DNA of 64,000 nt from a virus (IMGVR_UViG_3300032007_000073:1-64000), one strand, 5' to 3'. Numbered from the stretch's first letter, positions 36,911 to 47,305 are shown. Made by a program: numbers and translations. The notes: generated from the sequence alone by a model not told the origin.

Positions 36911-37214
36911 AAAGCCCTCCTATCTCGTAATAGTTTACATAAGGAATGTTACAATATAGAGCCAAATCTCTTTCTATATTTACTCCTTTAGATTGTATCC
37001 CATCCGTTATAATAGTAAATAAATCTGCTTGTTTTAATAAATCAAGAGACTCAAACATACAAAACTTATAAGGAAGTTTCTTTTTATAAGCATCTGTATC
37101 CAAAGGACTCAAAACCTCAAAGCCAAGAGCCTCCAACTTTTGTTTTGCTTCCGTAAAATCTTTTATGTAGTTATCGTTATTACTTATTGCTCCGGAAATA
37201 TAAATCTTATACAT
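36879..37214 (-). CDS. DUF4406 (nucleoside deoxyribosyltransferase-like) protein
   Basis: KIYISGAIS...F.EA...L...G..VLSP...S.G...ER.LA; start refined to 37214. Confidence 0.8.
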   Translation of the reverse strand: MYKIYISGAISNNDNYIKDFTEAKQKLEALGFEVLSPLDTDAYKKKLPYKFCMFESLDLLKQADLFTIITDGIQSKGVNIERDLALYCNIPYVNYYEIGGLYGKEQRTTSA

Positions 37215-37387
37215 TATTTCTCCATTTTCATATAATATTTTATTATCCAACCAATAAATCCAAACGGAATAGCAAGAAAAATAATAGTTGATTTTTCTTC
37301 TATTGTTTCAAATATACATCCTAAGACAAGAATCATAATTTGAGAAACATAAATCATAATACTTGCCCATATAAAAAAGAGTTCCAT
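37214..37387 (-). CDS. Two-TM small membrane protein, 57 aa
   Basis: Manual translation MELFFIWASIMIYVSQIMILVLGCIF...; GGAGG upstream. Confidence 0.5.
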   Translation of the reverse strand: MELFFIWASIMIYVSQIMILVLGCIFETIEEKSTIIFLAIPFGFIGWIIKYYMKMEK

Positions 37388-37388
37388 T

Positions 37389-37727
37389 TTATCCCTCCAC
37401 TATTATCTTTCTTTGTCTTACTCCGCGTCCTGTCTTTTTGATTTCTATCCCATTCTCTTTTATTATTCTTACCAATGTTGCAACAGAAACTCCAAAGGTT
37501 TTAGCCAAATCACTTGTTCTTGTAGTATTATATAGTCTCTTAAGCTCTTCTTTGCTTATTCTTATAGCCTTTTTAGGTTTATATCCTCCGTTTGTTTTTT
37601 GTGGTAGCCCATACTTTTTTGCCAAACTTACTATCGTACTCCTACTTACATTAAAAAACTTGGTTAAATCTGTTACGGTCATTTTATCGTAATTTTCTCT
37701 AAAAGATTCTTCTGTAATTTTGCACAT
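37389..37727 (-). CDS. Tandem HTH protein
   Basis: Two repeats DLTKFFNVSRSTI and DLAKTFGVSVATL. Confidence 0.7.
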   Translation of the reverse strand: MCKITEESFRENYDKMTVTDLTKFFNVSRSTIVSLAKKYGLPQKTNGGYKPKKAIRISKEELKRLYNTTRTSDLAKTFGVSVATLVRIIKENGIEIKKTGRGVRQRKIIVEG

Positions 37728-37735
37728 AATACCTC

Positions 37736-38050
37736 CTAATCCATAAATTCTTTAATCACTTTAATTTTTCTTTCTATAATATCCTTCTCTAATAAGAGTT
37801 GGTCGTATCTTATACTTATACTCTCATTCCTATCACAAATATGTTTTTTCAAAACTCTCTCTGTGTTTTCTCTCTCTTGTCTCTCAACCACTTGTGTTAA
37901 ATAATCCTCTCTCATTTCCTTAGCTATTTTCTTATCAGGAAATCCCAATATTATAGACTTTGTCAATTTGTTAAGGTCGTGAGGATTGTTGATATCGAAA
38001 TCAGGTTGAGCCTCTTTTGCCTCTTTTATTATTTCATCTAATATTCCCAT
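37736..38050 (-). CDS. Hypothetical protein
   Basis: ORF track. Confidence 0.5.
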   Translation of the reverse strand: MGILDEIIKEAKEAQPDFDINNPHDLNKLTKSIILGFPDKKIAKEMREDYLTQVVERQERENTERVLKKHICDRNESISIRYDQLLLEKDIIERKIKVIKEFMD

Positions 38051-38051
38051 A

Positions 38052-38321
38052 TTACCCCCATTTAAGTTTTTTTATTCTGTCTATTGTTTCACGTGAAACA
38101 AATCTTTTAAAGTATATGCTTGGTGGTTTTATACCTTTATCGTGTACTAATCTGTGATGCTTGGCACATAGCATAATCCCATTCTCAAGCATATACCTTG
38201 TATTTTTGTATTTTCTTGTGTTAATCCAATGATGTGCCTCTCCGACTATACTGTTACATCCTGCAAATTGGCACGTTTTATCTCTTTCTTTAATCAATTT
38301 AGACCATTCTGCGTCTGTCAT
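38052..38321 (-). CDS. HNH/NinG-like nuclease
   Basis: WSKLIKERDKTCQFAGC...HH...LCAKHH..VH. Confidence 0.75.
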   Translation of the reverse strand: MTDAEWSKLIKERDKTCQFAGCNSIVGEAHHWINTRKYKNTRYMLENGIMLCAKHHRLVHDKGIKPPSIYFKRFVSRETIDRIKKLKWG

Positions 38322-39355
38322 AGTATATTAACCTTTTTGCATTTGCCTTGTTCTTTATCCCATTCAACCAACTCTACGGTCATTCCTTTTTGATAATCTT
38401 TTTTATCATAAGTCTTTACCATAGTTCCGTCTGTAAAAGTCAATGTCGATAATGTGTAATCTCTACCCGCATTTGTCTTGCCTGTCTTTTGCATAATATC
38501 ACTTATAACAAAGATATTGTCTGTTATATCTACTTCGGTTGCAGTATCTCCTTTAATCTCTTGTTCTACAACTTGTTCTTGTTGAGCAATAACATCGGCT
38601 TTATTCGGTTGAATTTCTTTTGGCATTTCTTTTGGTTGGTCGTAATCTATATGGACAGGTTCTTGTTGAACATCGAAATTCTTGTTGTCTATATCTTCCA
38701 TTATTGCTATCTTGGGGTCGCCTATAAATAAAGTCTTACATAATCTACGAACAACCGCCTTCTTTGCCATCTCTCCAAACCAATCATTCCATACAAAAGC
38801 AGTTTTTGCCTTACCTTTTATCTTTAATACCTCATCTTTACTCATAGTTTCAATGAATGAATACTCTTTACCTTTATCTGTGTATTGAATATAAGCATAA
38901 ACACCAACCATATCCTTGATATGTGCAAATGGATTAGCAACTTTGTGAGTATATTTTGCCTTACCATCTATTTTTTCTACGGTAAAAACATCTCCCGTAT
39001 AAACCAACTCTGCCTTAACTTGTGCCGTAGGATATATTTCCTTAATCCTTGAAATAAATCCCTTAAAACCAATTTGATACTCAATCTTGCTACCATACTT
39101 AACCACATAAGCGAGTTGCCTTTTATCAACAGGTATCCCAGTATCCAAAGAAGCCTTAAAAGCCTCTCTTATACTCTGCGGGTCTAAATTTGATAATGGT
39201 TGTTTACTTGCATCCAACATCGCTTTTGTTGCATAAGCAAACGAAATCAATTTGCTTTGCAATTCTTGTTGATTTAATCCTGTTGCTTTAATTAAAATAG
39301 GAACTTGCTCTTGTATCGCATTGTTAAAAGTTTGTACTACTAATTCTTGAGCCAT
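38318..39355 (-). CDS. recT: RecT family single-strand annealing protein
   Basis: AYVVKYG...YQIGFKGFI; V.AELVY.GD.F; W..WFGEMAKKAVVRRLCK. Confidence 0.88.
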   Translation of the reverse strand: MAQELVVQTFNNAIQEQVPILIKATGLNQQELQSKLISFAYATKAMLDASKQPLSNLDPQSIREAFKASLDTGIPVDKRQLAYVVKYGSKIEYQIGFKGFISRIKEIYPTAQVKAELVYTGDVFTVEKIDGKAKYTHKVANPFAHIKDMVGVYAYIQYTDKGKEYSFIETMSKDEVLKIKGKAKTAFVWNDWFGEMAKKAVVRRLCKTLFIGDPKIAIMEDIDNKNFDVQQEPVHIDYDQPKEMPKEIQPNKADVIAQQEQVVEQEIKGDTATEVDITDNIFVISDIMQKTGKTNAGRDYTLSTLTFTDGTMVKTYDKKDYQKGMTVELVEWDKEQGKCKKVNIL

Positions 39356-39366
39356 AATGCCCTCCT

Positions 39367-40122
39367 TTAAATATTTTTTATTGACAATGTGTTTTCAAAT
39401 GTTAATCTTCCGTTTTTCTTTTTGTAATTATATATATCTGTGAATAATTGCAAATATTCCTCCGATGTAGTACAAAGATATAGTTTTGCTTGATATTTCA
39501 TAACATTATCGATTAAAAAGTCCAAATCAAAATCTTTTATTTTTCTCAAGCATTTAACACATCTTACAATTTTATTTACAATGTTTCTTTTTCCTTTTAT
39601 TATGTAACAAAGCCTCATCATTTTTTGAACAAAATCGACACTCTCTTCAATGTCTTTTTCAAAAACCACTCTTCCTTCTTTAAAAACCTCATTTTTGTAT
39701 CCACTTGCATTAAACAAACATTCTATCAATCCGTTTATACTAACACCAGTTTTGTTTTTGATTTCTAATAATCTTTGATAGTTTTTATTGCCTTGAGATG
39801 CCCAATATTGAGCATAATCTTCCAATCCCCATTTTTCTTGATATGTATTATAAATAGGAATGTTTTTTGTGTTATCCTTAAAAACGACATAATGAACAGG
39901 TATCCCCATTCTCTTACAAGCCTCTAATCTGTGTTGCCCATCGATAATGTTAAATTCCTTATCGACAATTATCGGCTTTGACATTGACATCCCACCAGTC
40001 AACTCAAAACTCTTCATTAATCTCTCTACGTTTTTGTTTTTTATACTTCTGTTTAATCCCACTCTTTTAAATTTTTCATAATTTTTTGTACTCGTGATAA
40101 TAGTTTTTGTGATTTTTTCCAT
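39367..40122 (-). CDS. ParB/Srx-like N-terminal domain protein
   Basis: NR.I...NV..L...PIIVD...IIDGQHRLEAC. Confidence 0.75.
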   Translation of the reverse strand: MEKITKTIITSTKNYEKFKRVGLNRSIKNKNVERLMKSFELTGGMSMSKPIIVDKEFNIIDGQHRLEACKRMGIPVHYVVFKDNTKNIPIYNTYQEKWGLEDYAQYWASQGNKNYQRLLEIKNKTGVSINGLIECLFNASGYKNEVFKEGRVVFEKDIEESVDFVQKMMRLCYIIKGKRNIVNKIVRCVKCLRKIKDFDLDFLIDNVMKYQAKLYLCTTSEEYLQLFTDIYNYKKKNGRLTFENTLSIKNI

Positions 40123-40152
40123 TTTTTGCCCTCTCTTTTTAATTTTTATATG

Positions 40153-40181
40153 ATTATAACATATAATTTACATAAAGTCAA
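40153..40181 (-). promoter_or_regulatory. Sigma70-type promoter for the recombination/replication operon
   Basis: TTGACT, 17-nt spacer, TATAAT on the minus strand. Confidence 0.75.
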
Positions 40182-40318
40182 TATTTATTTTGACGGGCAG
40201 AAATATCCTTTTTTTCTTCTCTTGTTTCCAGACACATCTGCCTTGTCTTTTTTGAACTTCTTTAATTTGTTCTCTTTTCTTACTTTTGCGATTTGTTTCA
40301 TCGTAAAACTGCCGTATC

Positions 40319-40549
40319 TCATTTTCCCTCCTTGCCAAACAAAAAGTTTGGATTTTTATAAGTTTTTTTTATAAATTCCATATCCATTTTAATAATTTTA
40401 GCTAATCCAAGAGGTTTTATTGTTACTACCAAATCAAAATCTATTTTTCCAAAATCGTGGTATATTTGTTGTAAAATAAAAGGTCTGTTTTTAACCCAAT
40501 GAAAAGCATCTATTATAAGTGTAGGTCTTTTCATAAATTTATCCTCCAA
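40319..40549 (-). CDS. Hypothetical protein
   Basis: ORF track. Confidence 0.5.
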   Translation of the reverse strand: MEDKFMKRPTLIIDAFHWVKNRPFILQQIYHDFGKIDFDLVVTIKPLGLAKIIKMDMEFIKKTYKNPNFLFGKEGK

Positions 40550-40812
40550 TGTTTCTTGAATCTACTTAACGATTTAAAATACACCAAAGTTCTGCTCACA
40601 AAATCCCTAATTACACTCATCGATGTTTCCAATTTAAAATCGTGCAGAATTATACAGAAATTATCTTTTGCCAATATAAATCTGTATCCATTTTTAAACA
40701 AGCAACAGAAAATTTTAAAATCCCCAACTTGCCTAACAAACATTCTGTACGGAATACCATCTCCAAGTTCTTTGAACTTAGCAGGTTTTAGACATTCTTT
40801 TACTATATCCAT
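40531..40812 (-). CDS. Hypothetical protein
   Basis: ORF track; GGAGG upstream. Confidence 0.5.
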   Translation of the reverse strand: MDIVKECLKPAKFKELGDGIPYRMFVRQVGDFKIFCCLFKNGYRFILAKDNFCIILHDFKLETSMSVIRDFVSRTLVYFKSLSRFKKHWRINL

Positions 40813-40813
40813 T

Positions 40814-41407
40814 TTATTCCTCCTGTGATAATAAAATTACTTCATTGTTTTGTAACTCTTTCAAAATATCCCCAATTTCTACAACTTCAATATCTTCTAC
40901 CGTTTGCAGATATTTTATCGCAAGTTCTATGTTTGTAATTTCTTCTACCTCTGCATCGTTTCTTTTAACAAATCCCATATCAAGCAGTCTATCTTGGTAT
41001 AAATACATCCATTTTTTGCCTTTGTCGTTTAATTTATCGTTAGCAAATCTAATAACTGCTTTTTCTGTTCCCAAAAACAAATCTTTTGTGTCTGTGTTTA
41101 TAAGTTTATATATATTTCCGTCTTTTTCTATCGCCTCAATACCATAAAAATCTTCTGCACAATAAAAACATTGATAAACATAGCCGTCTATATCACTTTT
41201 TGCCAATGGAGTTTTACAATGACGACATAAATGTTTTTCATCCAATGGATATAGTTTTACACTATACTTTTTAGTTATAGTTTCAATATCTATTTCGTGA
41301 AAATACTCTTTTATTTGACTCTCTGTCATCGGTGGCAATTCTCCACCGAATTGATTTGTGTATAATTCCAAAGTGTCTATATCTACCAAACAATATCTTG
41401 TTTCCAT
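40814..41407 (-). CDS. Hypothetical protein with Zn-ribbon
   Basis: CRHC...CFYC; GGAGG upstream. Confidence 0.55.
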   Translation of the reverse strand: METRYCLVDIDTLELYTNQFGGELPPMTESQIKEYFHEIDIETITKKYSVKLYPLDEKHLCRHCKTPLAKSDIDGYVYQCFYCAEDFYGIEAIEKDGNIYKLINTDTKDLFLGTEKAVIRFANDKLNDKGKKWMYLYQDRLLDMGFVKRNDAEVEEITNIELAIKYLQTVEDIEVVEIGDILKELQNNEVILLSQEE

Positions 41408-41419
41408 ATTATACCTCCT

Positions 41420-41620
41420 TTATTCTCTTTCAAAGTTTTTCAACATCTCCAATATAGACAATCTTCTAACTAACAGATTGTAAAGTTTTCTTGTTTTTTC
41501 AAACAAAAGTCCATAATCGGCGGAGGATATATTATCTATTTCTTTTTTTGCATTTTTTATTTTGTTTTCAAGTGTTTCTTTTTTGTTTTTCAAATCATCT
41601 ATCTTTAATTTTATATTCAT
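41420..41620 (-). CDS. Coiled-coil hypothetical protein
   Basis: ORF track. Confidence 0.45.
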   Translation of the reverse strand: MNIKLKIDDLKNKKETLENKIKNAKKEIDNISSADYGLLFEKTRKLYNLLVRRLSILEMLKNFERE

Positions 41621-41624
41621 TTAT

Positions 41625-41891
41625 TCACTCCGTTGTTATTTTTTTACAATTATTGTTTTCTTCCATTATTCCTTTTATAATCATCCAAGAATGAGAAATA
41701 TCAATTGCCATCGATAAAGAAAAAAATCTTATTCTATTGTGTGTTATTTGACATATCTCATAACGCCCTCTTCTAATAGATAAATATTCTTGTCCGTTAT
41801 CCAAATAATGTTTTAGTATTACATATATTCCATTTTTTCTTTTTGGAAAAGCCAAAGATTTTTCTTTTAATTCTATCCAATTCATAGGCAT
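41625..41891 (-). CDS. Hypothetical protein
   Basis: ORF track. Confidence 0.45.
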   Translation of the reverse strand: MPMNWIELKEKSLAFPKRKNGIYVILKHYLDNGQEYLSIRRGRYEICQITHNRIRFFSLSMAIDISHSWMIIKGIMEENNNCKKITTE

Positions 41892-42754
41892 TATTCTCCC
41901 ATTTCCGATAATTTTCTATCAAAAGACAAAGAAAAAGCACTCTCTTGATATCCTTCAAAGCCTTTTTCTACCAAATCTGTCCTGAAACTATCATCCGTAA
42001 AACCTTTATCAAATCTCTTTTTGATTTTATCGATAACCAAATCAGTATAAACTCTACAAACTTCAATATCTTTTTGTTCTACGGAACGAATTTCTATCCA
42101 GTTTTCCTCATCGGGTCTTGAAGATTGAATAATAAACACCATTTTTACGGGAGTTTGTCCATACAAAGACTCAATTGCTTTGCATTGCATCCCAACATCG
42201 TAAGTATAGCCACCTACATCGATACCTCTAATATTTTTTTCTATTGTTGCCGTAGTTTTGTACTCAATTAAAACAATCCCTTGTGGAGTATTTTTTACGG
42301 CATCCAATTTTGCTTTTAAAACCAAACCTCTATCTTCCCAAATCACAGGTTTTTCAATTGAAATCCCACTTAAAATAGTTTTTACCAAGTCATAACTCAA
42401 TAAAGTTTTTATCCTTAAATACCAATTATCGAACTCACTTTGTAAAACCAAGTCTTTTCCACTTTTTTCATTGGCTATCGCATCTTGGAAGGCTTTTGTT
42501 TTACGAGAACTAAAACCTTTGCCATCAGGAATAATTTTGTACTCATCGTGAAATTTGTTAGGTTCTAACAATAAAGTATGAGCCAATCTCCCATTTACCA
42601 AAGCATCTGTTACTCCCTCATCAATCCTATTAGGATTGAAAAGGCAGTTTTTCCAAAACCACATCGGATTTTGGTCATTCCATTTTTTAATTTGACTTTT
42701 GCTTAATCCTTTGTAAGCAAAATAGTCTTTGTCGCTTAGTCTTTGCATAAGCAT
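41891..42754 (-). CDS. RecE/exonuclease VIII-like PD-(D/E)xK nuclease (DUF3799-like)
   Basis: YFAYKGLSKSQIK; GRLAH.LLLEP; LKAKLD...LIEYKTT. Confidence 0.82.
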   Translation of the reverse strand: MLMQRLSDKDYFAYKGLSKSQIKKWNDQNPMWFWKNCLFNPNRIDEGVTDALVNGRLAHTLLLEPNKFHDEYKIIPDGKGFSSRKTKAFQDAIANEKSGKDLVLQSEFDNWYLRIKTLLSYDLVKTILSGISIEKPVIWEDRGLVLKAKLDAVKNTPQGIVLIEYKTTATIEKNIRGIDVGGYTYDVGMQCKAIESLYGQTPVKMVFIIQSSRPDEENWIEIRSVEQKDIEVCRVYTDLVIDKIKKRFDKGFTDDSFRTDLVEKGFEGYQESAFSLSFDRKLSEMGE

Positions 42755-43021
42755 CTACCTCCTTTTTAAATTTCTTTTTGTTAATTTTCTTGCAATCTTT
42801 ACACATCTACGAATTTGCTCTCTTGTTTGCTCTCTATTTAACAAATAAGTATCTTTTGTTACTATCAGTTTTTCTTTGTAGAAAAATCTAATCTCAAGCA
42901 TAAACACAATTTTTATTGTTATAATATCGTTTATAAGATACATATATTTTCCGCATTTGCGATATTCAAAACCTTTAAATCTTTTTAAATAGTTTTCCAT
43001 AATATCATATTCATATCTCAT
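42755..43021 (-). CDS. Hypothetical protein
   Basis: ORF track; AGGAGG upstream. Confidence 0.55.
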   Translation of the reverse strand: MRYEYDIMENYLKRFKGFEYRKCGKYMYLINDIITIKIVFMLEIRFFYKEKLIVTKDTYLLNREQTREQIRRCVKIARKLTKRNLKRR

Positions 43022-43081
43022 ATAGTCCTCCTTTTAATAGATTTTAATGAATAGCTCCATATAGGAGCTATCCCTTAAAAG

Positions 43082-43783
43082 CTACCTCCAATTTAAAATA
43101 TTTTTCTGCGGTTTATATGTTTGTGTTATTTTATCCCATTCCATCCAAGCTTGTTGTTCGTTATCCCAATATCCACCATACCAATATGAATAAGATACTG
43201 GCTCAGGTTTTTGATAACTTGTATTACTATACCATATTCCGTTATCCCAAACACCTGCTTTTTCGTTTATGATTTTATATTTTCCGTTTTTGTTTAACAA
43301 AATCATTTTATTTGACGAACCAATATATCCTTCAATTAATTGAAACAGAACATCGTTTTTTCCTTCTATCATATCATTGAGGCAACTTTTTGCTATTCTT
43401 TGAAGGATTTTTTTATTAAACATCATAGTGTCGCTATCGTTAGAAGTTTTAGAAACTCCGTAATCGTGTCTCAAAATTCCGTTATGACAAAACACTATCT
43501 CGTCATTTACAACAAACGGATGAGTACATCTTTTAGATATTAGCCCGTGAGTTGCTATTCTAAAATGTACCAAAAACGGCTTATCTATATACTTGTCTCT
43601 TGTTTCAATAAAATTATCAATATTTTTGATAATTTTCTTTTTATTTGATTCTTTTACCATTTTTATTTGATTGTTTTCATCAAAATAAGCATATCCAAAT
43701 CCGTCCCTGTTCGTTTCGTTACATCTAATTAAAGTATCTCTATCTAAAACTTTGCCTTCTGGCAATAATATTGCTATGCACAT
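43082..43783 (-). CDS. Class II (Ntn) glutamine amidotransferase
   Basis: N-terminal MC; N.DGFG; HFRIATHG; HPF; HNGIL; DSDT. Confidence 0.88.
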   Translation of the reverse strand: MCIAILLPEGKVLDRDTLIRCNETNRDGFGYAYFDENNQIKMVKESNKKKIIKNIDNFIETRDKYIDKPFLVHFRIATHGLISKRCTHPFVVNDEIVFCHNGILRHDYGVSKTSNDSDTMMFNKKILQRIAKSCLNDMIEGKNDVLFQLIEGYIGSSNKMILLNKNGKYKIINEKAGVWDNGIWYSNTSYQKPEPVSYSYWYGGYWDNEQQAWMEWDKITQTYKPQKNILNWR

Positions 43784-45471
43784 ATTGTTTTTACCTCCTT
43801 TAAATATTTTACCTTCATTTCATAGAATTTTATCAATTGTTTTAATATCTTACTATGAGCATTTTGTTTTAAATACTCAAACATCTCTTTTGCATTTAAA
43901 GACTCTTCGTTTTCTTTATCTCTTGAATATTCAACTAACAATTTACAGAATTGAATATGAGCAAATATAACATCGGTTCTCAAAGTTCCGTTAAACATTC
44001 TTATTTCTATCGTTTTGGCGTGTTTAAAGTTTACGATGTGATATTTATCTCCAAAAACACCGGCATTATTCAATCCATTAATGAAATAATTTTTATCTCT
44101 TGCTATACCATAATCAAACTGAGCATAATGATTAAAACTTCTACAAGCAAAATGTTCGGTTAAATATTTATCCAAATAAAAACATCTTGCAAATCTTGCA
44201 ATATGATAATTATCCTTAAAACCTGCTCTACTTAAATGAATATGGAGACCTGTTGTTGTTGCTTCATCACTGTATCCACCCCCATTAATTACACTTTGAA
44301 AAGTTCTTTTGAAATCGCATAGTGCCAAATACCATCTTTTATACGTCATTGCATAAGATACGACTTCAAATCCATTACTTATACTACTATCTGATTTTAA
44401 ATAAACAAATTGTTTTAACGATTTATTTATCTTTTTTGCACATTCTTCTATACTACTATCCATATCTACTTCCATTTCTATTTCTGCGCCATAGAACATT
44501 TTTTCGTTTACATCGTCTGTTCTTGCTCTTAAAAATCTCTCAATTTTTGTTGAATAAGGATTAATTCTTGTCAATTTACACTCAGAGCAAAGAGTATCCT
44601 CTTCATCTTCTCTAACATAATAACAATCGCATTTATAACAACATCTAATTGTTTCTGGAAGTTCCGAATTAATAACATTCATCTCATCTTTATACAAATT
44701 CAATTCTTTTTGAACTGCTTTTTTATCTTTCTCGCAAGAAAATTTTAATCTAACTCTAAATCCCATCTTGCCAGTCAAATCACATTTTCCGTAATTTTTT
44801 TCTATCAAACAATCATCGCAATAAGTTCCATCGTTTACTTCTGTAATATTAAATGTCGGTTGTTGATAACAAATTACTTCCGTCCTTCCACAACAATTAC
44901 AATATCTCCTATATTTTTTATTAAAATTTGTCTCCCACCACTCTATCACTTTATCTTCAAACTCAGGTCTATAAAACCATCCTGAGAAATCCTCAATCGT
45001 ACAATTCGGCATAGCTCTCTTTGTCTTTTTAACAAAATCATAAACTATCGTATCTTCTAATCCTGTAATTCTTATACAATAAAACAATCTTCCAAAAATT
45101 TTCTCCATTTCTGCATAATCTACATCAAATTTTTTGATTGTTTTAAGGTATTTTCTCATCTTAGAAACCCTTATCAAAAACGGCAAGTTTCTACTTCTTC
45201 TACAATCGCTCAATCTACTAATGCCGTACACAGGAGAAAAACTATCCTTTTCCTGCTCCACATTGAACGATTTTAAAGACCTTGCAGAAAAATTAATACT
45301 TGAGATAACCGAATCTCCTTCTCTTTTATCCCATCTTGTGTTTTTAATCCATCCTTCTACATTCAAATCTGCCTCTTGCAGACTTCTTGACAACTTGTAC
45401 GCCTCATCTTTTGCGATTTCATAATAAGAATCGCACGTCTTTGACCTATGGAGTTTGTTCATTATATCCAT
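43774..45471 (-). CDS. Amidoligase (COOH-NH2 ligase, GS/GCS fold) with Zn-finger N-terminal region
   Basis: YGAEIEME; KSDSSI.NGFEVVS; TTGLHIHLSR; KY..VN; TIEIRMFNGTL. Confidence 0.82.
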   Translation of the reverse strand: MDIMNKLHRSKTCDSYYEIAKDEAYKLSRSLQEADLNVEGWIKNTRWDKREGDSVISSINFSARSLKSFNVEQEKDSFSPVYGISRLSDCRRSRNLPFLIRVSKMRKYLKTIKKFDVDYAEMEKIFGRLFYCIRITGLEDTIVYDFVKKTKRAMPNCTIEDFSGWFYRPEFEDKVIEWWETNFNKKYRRYCNCCGRTEVICYQQPTFNITEVNDGTYCDDCLIEKNYGKCDLTGKMGFRVRLKFSCEKDKKAVQKELNLYKDEMNVINSELPETIRCCYKCDCYYVREDEEDTLCSECKLTRINPYSTKIERFLRARTDDVNEKMFYGAEIEMEVDMDSSIEECAKKINKSLKQFVYLKSDSSISNGFEVVSYAMTYKRWYLALCDFKRTFQSVINGGGYSDEATTTGLHIHLSRAGFKDNYHIARFARCFYLDKYLTEHFACRSFNHYAQFDYGIARDKNYFINGLNNAGVFGDKYHIVNFKHAKTIEIRMFNGTLRTDVIFAHIQFCKLLVEYSRDKENEESLNAKEMFEYLKQNAHSKILKQLIKFYEMKVKYLKEVKTICA

Positions 45472-45552
45472 ATAGCCCTCCTTGTTTTAAGTCCAGTGGA
45501 CTGTTTAGTACTCAATAAGCCCCTGATATCTCTATCAGGGATATACAAAATA

Positions 45553-45861
45553 CTAAAATCCAAAACTTTTAATATATTTTTTAGCATTGCATAAATTTTT
45601 ACAAACTTCATTTGCAAGAGCTTTAGTTATAAACATCGTTTGTTTGGAATGAATAGACGTATCGTAATATCTCTTTTTTTCTTTTTTATCGTAAAATTCC
45701 AATTGAATTTCATATAGTATCTCAACTCCTCCCTTTTTTAAATTTATACAAAAATCCACCACTTTACCTTCAACTACTTCAAAAGCATCTCCAATAAGAG
45801 CCCTTCTAACACAAAACACTCTTTGTCCGATTTCATAATCGGTTTTAATTGTGATTTCCAT
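45553..45861 (-). CDS. Hypothetical protein, YEIGQRVF...F.TK..A family
   Basis: Similar architecture to 30539..30778. Confidence 0.55.
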   Translation of the reverse strand: MEITIKTDYEIGQRVFCVRRALIGDAFEVVEGKVVDFCINLKKGGVEILYEIQLEFYDKKEKKRYYDTSIHSKQTMFITKALANEVCKNLCNAKKYIKSFGF

Positions 45862-45922
45862 AATATCCTCCTTTATAATGTTTAATTAGACCCCGATATC
45901 TCTATCGGGGCTAAACAAAACA

Positions 45923-46135
45923 TTACAACTCAGCAAGTTTTTCAACTAATTTCTCTCTCTCCAAAGTGAGTCTGTCAACTATCACTTTCCTTGCCTTCTC
46001 AGTTGTTTTTGGATAAGATTTTAAAGTAACACCTATCGAATCAAACGTAAGATTCTTGGCAGACTCAATCATCTTATCCTTCCTATCAATTTTTTCCAAC
46101 AACGTCAATACTTCATTTCTGTTAGATAACTTCAT
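45923..46135 (-). CDS. Hypothetical early protein
   Basis: ORF track; SD present. Confidence 0.55.
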   Translation of the reverse strand: MKLSNRNEVLTLLEKIDRKDKMIESAKNLTFDSIGVTLKSYPKTTEKARKVIVDRLTLEREKLVEKLAEL

Positions 46136-46153
46136 AGCTATCCCCCTTTTATT

Positions 46154-46375
46154 TTATTTCTGCCTTAAAGGCAGTTTTTTATAAAAATATCCTTTTACAT
46201 ATTTCATATCAAAATAACTTGCTATAGCAAAACAATCTGCCAATGTAGGATGATGAGATATCGTATTGATTATCTCCCATCGTTCATAATGGTTGCCTTT
46301 GAAATCAACTACTTCGGTCATTATCGCATCCCATTCTTGATTTAACACTTTTACTGCTTGTTCAAATAAAAGCAT
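46154..46375 (-). CDS. Hypothetical early protein
   Basis: ORF track; AGGAGG upstream. Confidence 0.55.
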   Translation of the reverse strand: MLLFEQAVKVLNQEWDAIMTEVVDFKGNHYERWEIINTISHHPTLADCFAIASYFDMKYVKGYFYKKLPLRQK

Positions 46376-46435
46376 ATTAAACCTCCTTTAGTGTTTAATA
46401 AGGTCCTGATATCGCTATCAGGACTATACAAAGCA

Positions 46436-47041
46436 CTAATATTTAATATTATCACAGGCTTGTTTGAATTGTTCTTCTGTTATACAATCGGGCAAATACT
46501 CTTTAATATCTTTTATTTCATAAAATCCGCTGCAACAGTCTATTGTCTCTCCATAGTTATCATAAACTTCAAATCCGTAAAAGTCTCCATCTGAGCATTT
46601 TTGCCAAACTTTCAAAAACTTTTTAAACACTTCGTATCCAAAATGAACATCTTTACTATGATGTTTTATTGCAATAATTCCAGCAATTCCCGAATCCCAA
46701 CGGTCTCTTAAAGCTCCTGAATATTCATATAGCCAAATCCCGCTATGTATCGTTGCCTCACAATAAAACAACTGATATCCATTTGCTAATAACTCTTCTT
46801 TGTCAAAGTAATCTGCGTTTTCTACTTCATAATTTTTGCATAAGGTATAATCTTTCAAACAATTTAAAATCTTAACATCGTCAATTTCATCTCTATCAAA
46901 CACAAGATTAATTTCATCTTCATAATCTACAAAATCATACCTGAAAATTCTCAAATAATACTTTCTTTCTACCAAAGAATTAGCAAAGTTTAAAATCTTA
47001 TCATACTGCTCCGGACTTAAATCTTTAATAGTTAAATCCAT
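46436..47041 (-). CDS. Conserved hypothetical phage protein
   Basis: WDSGIAGII...GDFYGF...GETIDCCSGFY motif that I recall from other phage early regions. Confidence 0.6.
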   Translation of the reverse strand: MDLTIKDLSPEQYDKILNFANSLVERKYYLRIFRYDFVDYEDEINLVFDRDEIDDVKILNCLKDYTLCKNYEVENADYFDKEELLANGYQLFYCEATIHSGIWLYEYSGALRDRWDSGIAGIIAIKHHSKDVHFGYEVFKKFLKVWQKCSDGDFYGFEVYDNYGETIDCCSGFYEIKDIKEYLPDCITEEQFKQACDNIKY

Positions 47042-47119
47042 AATAATCCTCCTTTTTAAAGTCCATAAGGACTGTTTTAATATTTAATCCTATCTCCAAT
47101 AAAGAGACAGGACAAAACA

Positions 47120-47305
47120 TTAAATTTTGTTTTCAATTATAAATCCCATAATATTATTGAGTATTTCTAATTTCCCATTATTTCTTGCCGTATCTCTCAA
47201 ATACTCCAAATCCCCAATAATTTCCTTTTTTTTCTTCTCTTCTATCATATCTGACTCTTTTCTTGTCTCTTCTCCAAGTTTTAACACAAATTCTTTTAGT
47301 GTCAT
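47120..47305 (-). CDS. Hypothetical early protein
   Basis: ORF track; AAAGGAGG upstream. Confidence 0.55.
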   Translation of the reverse strand: MTLKEFVLKLGEETRKESDMIEEKKKKEIIGDLEYLRDTARNNGKLEILNNIMGFIIENKI

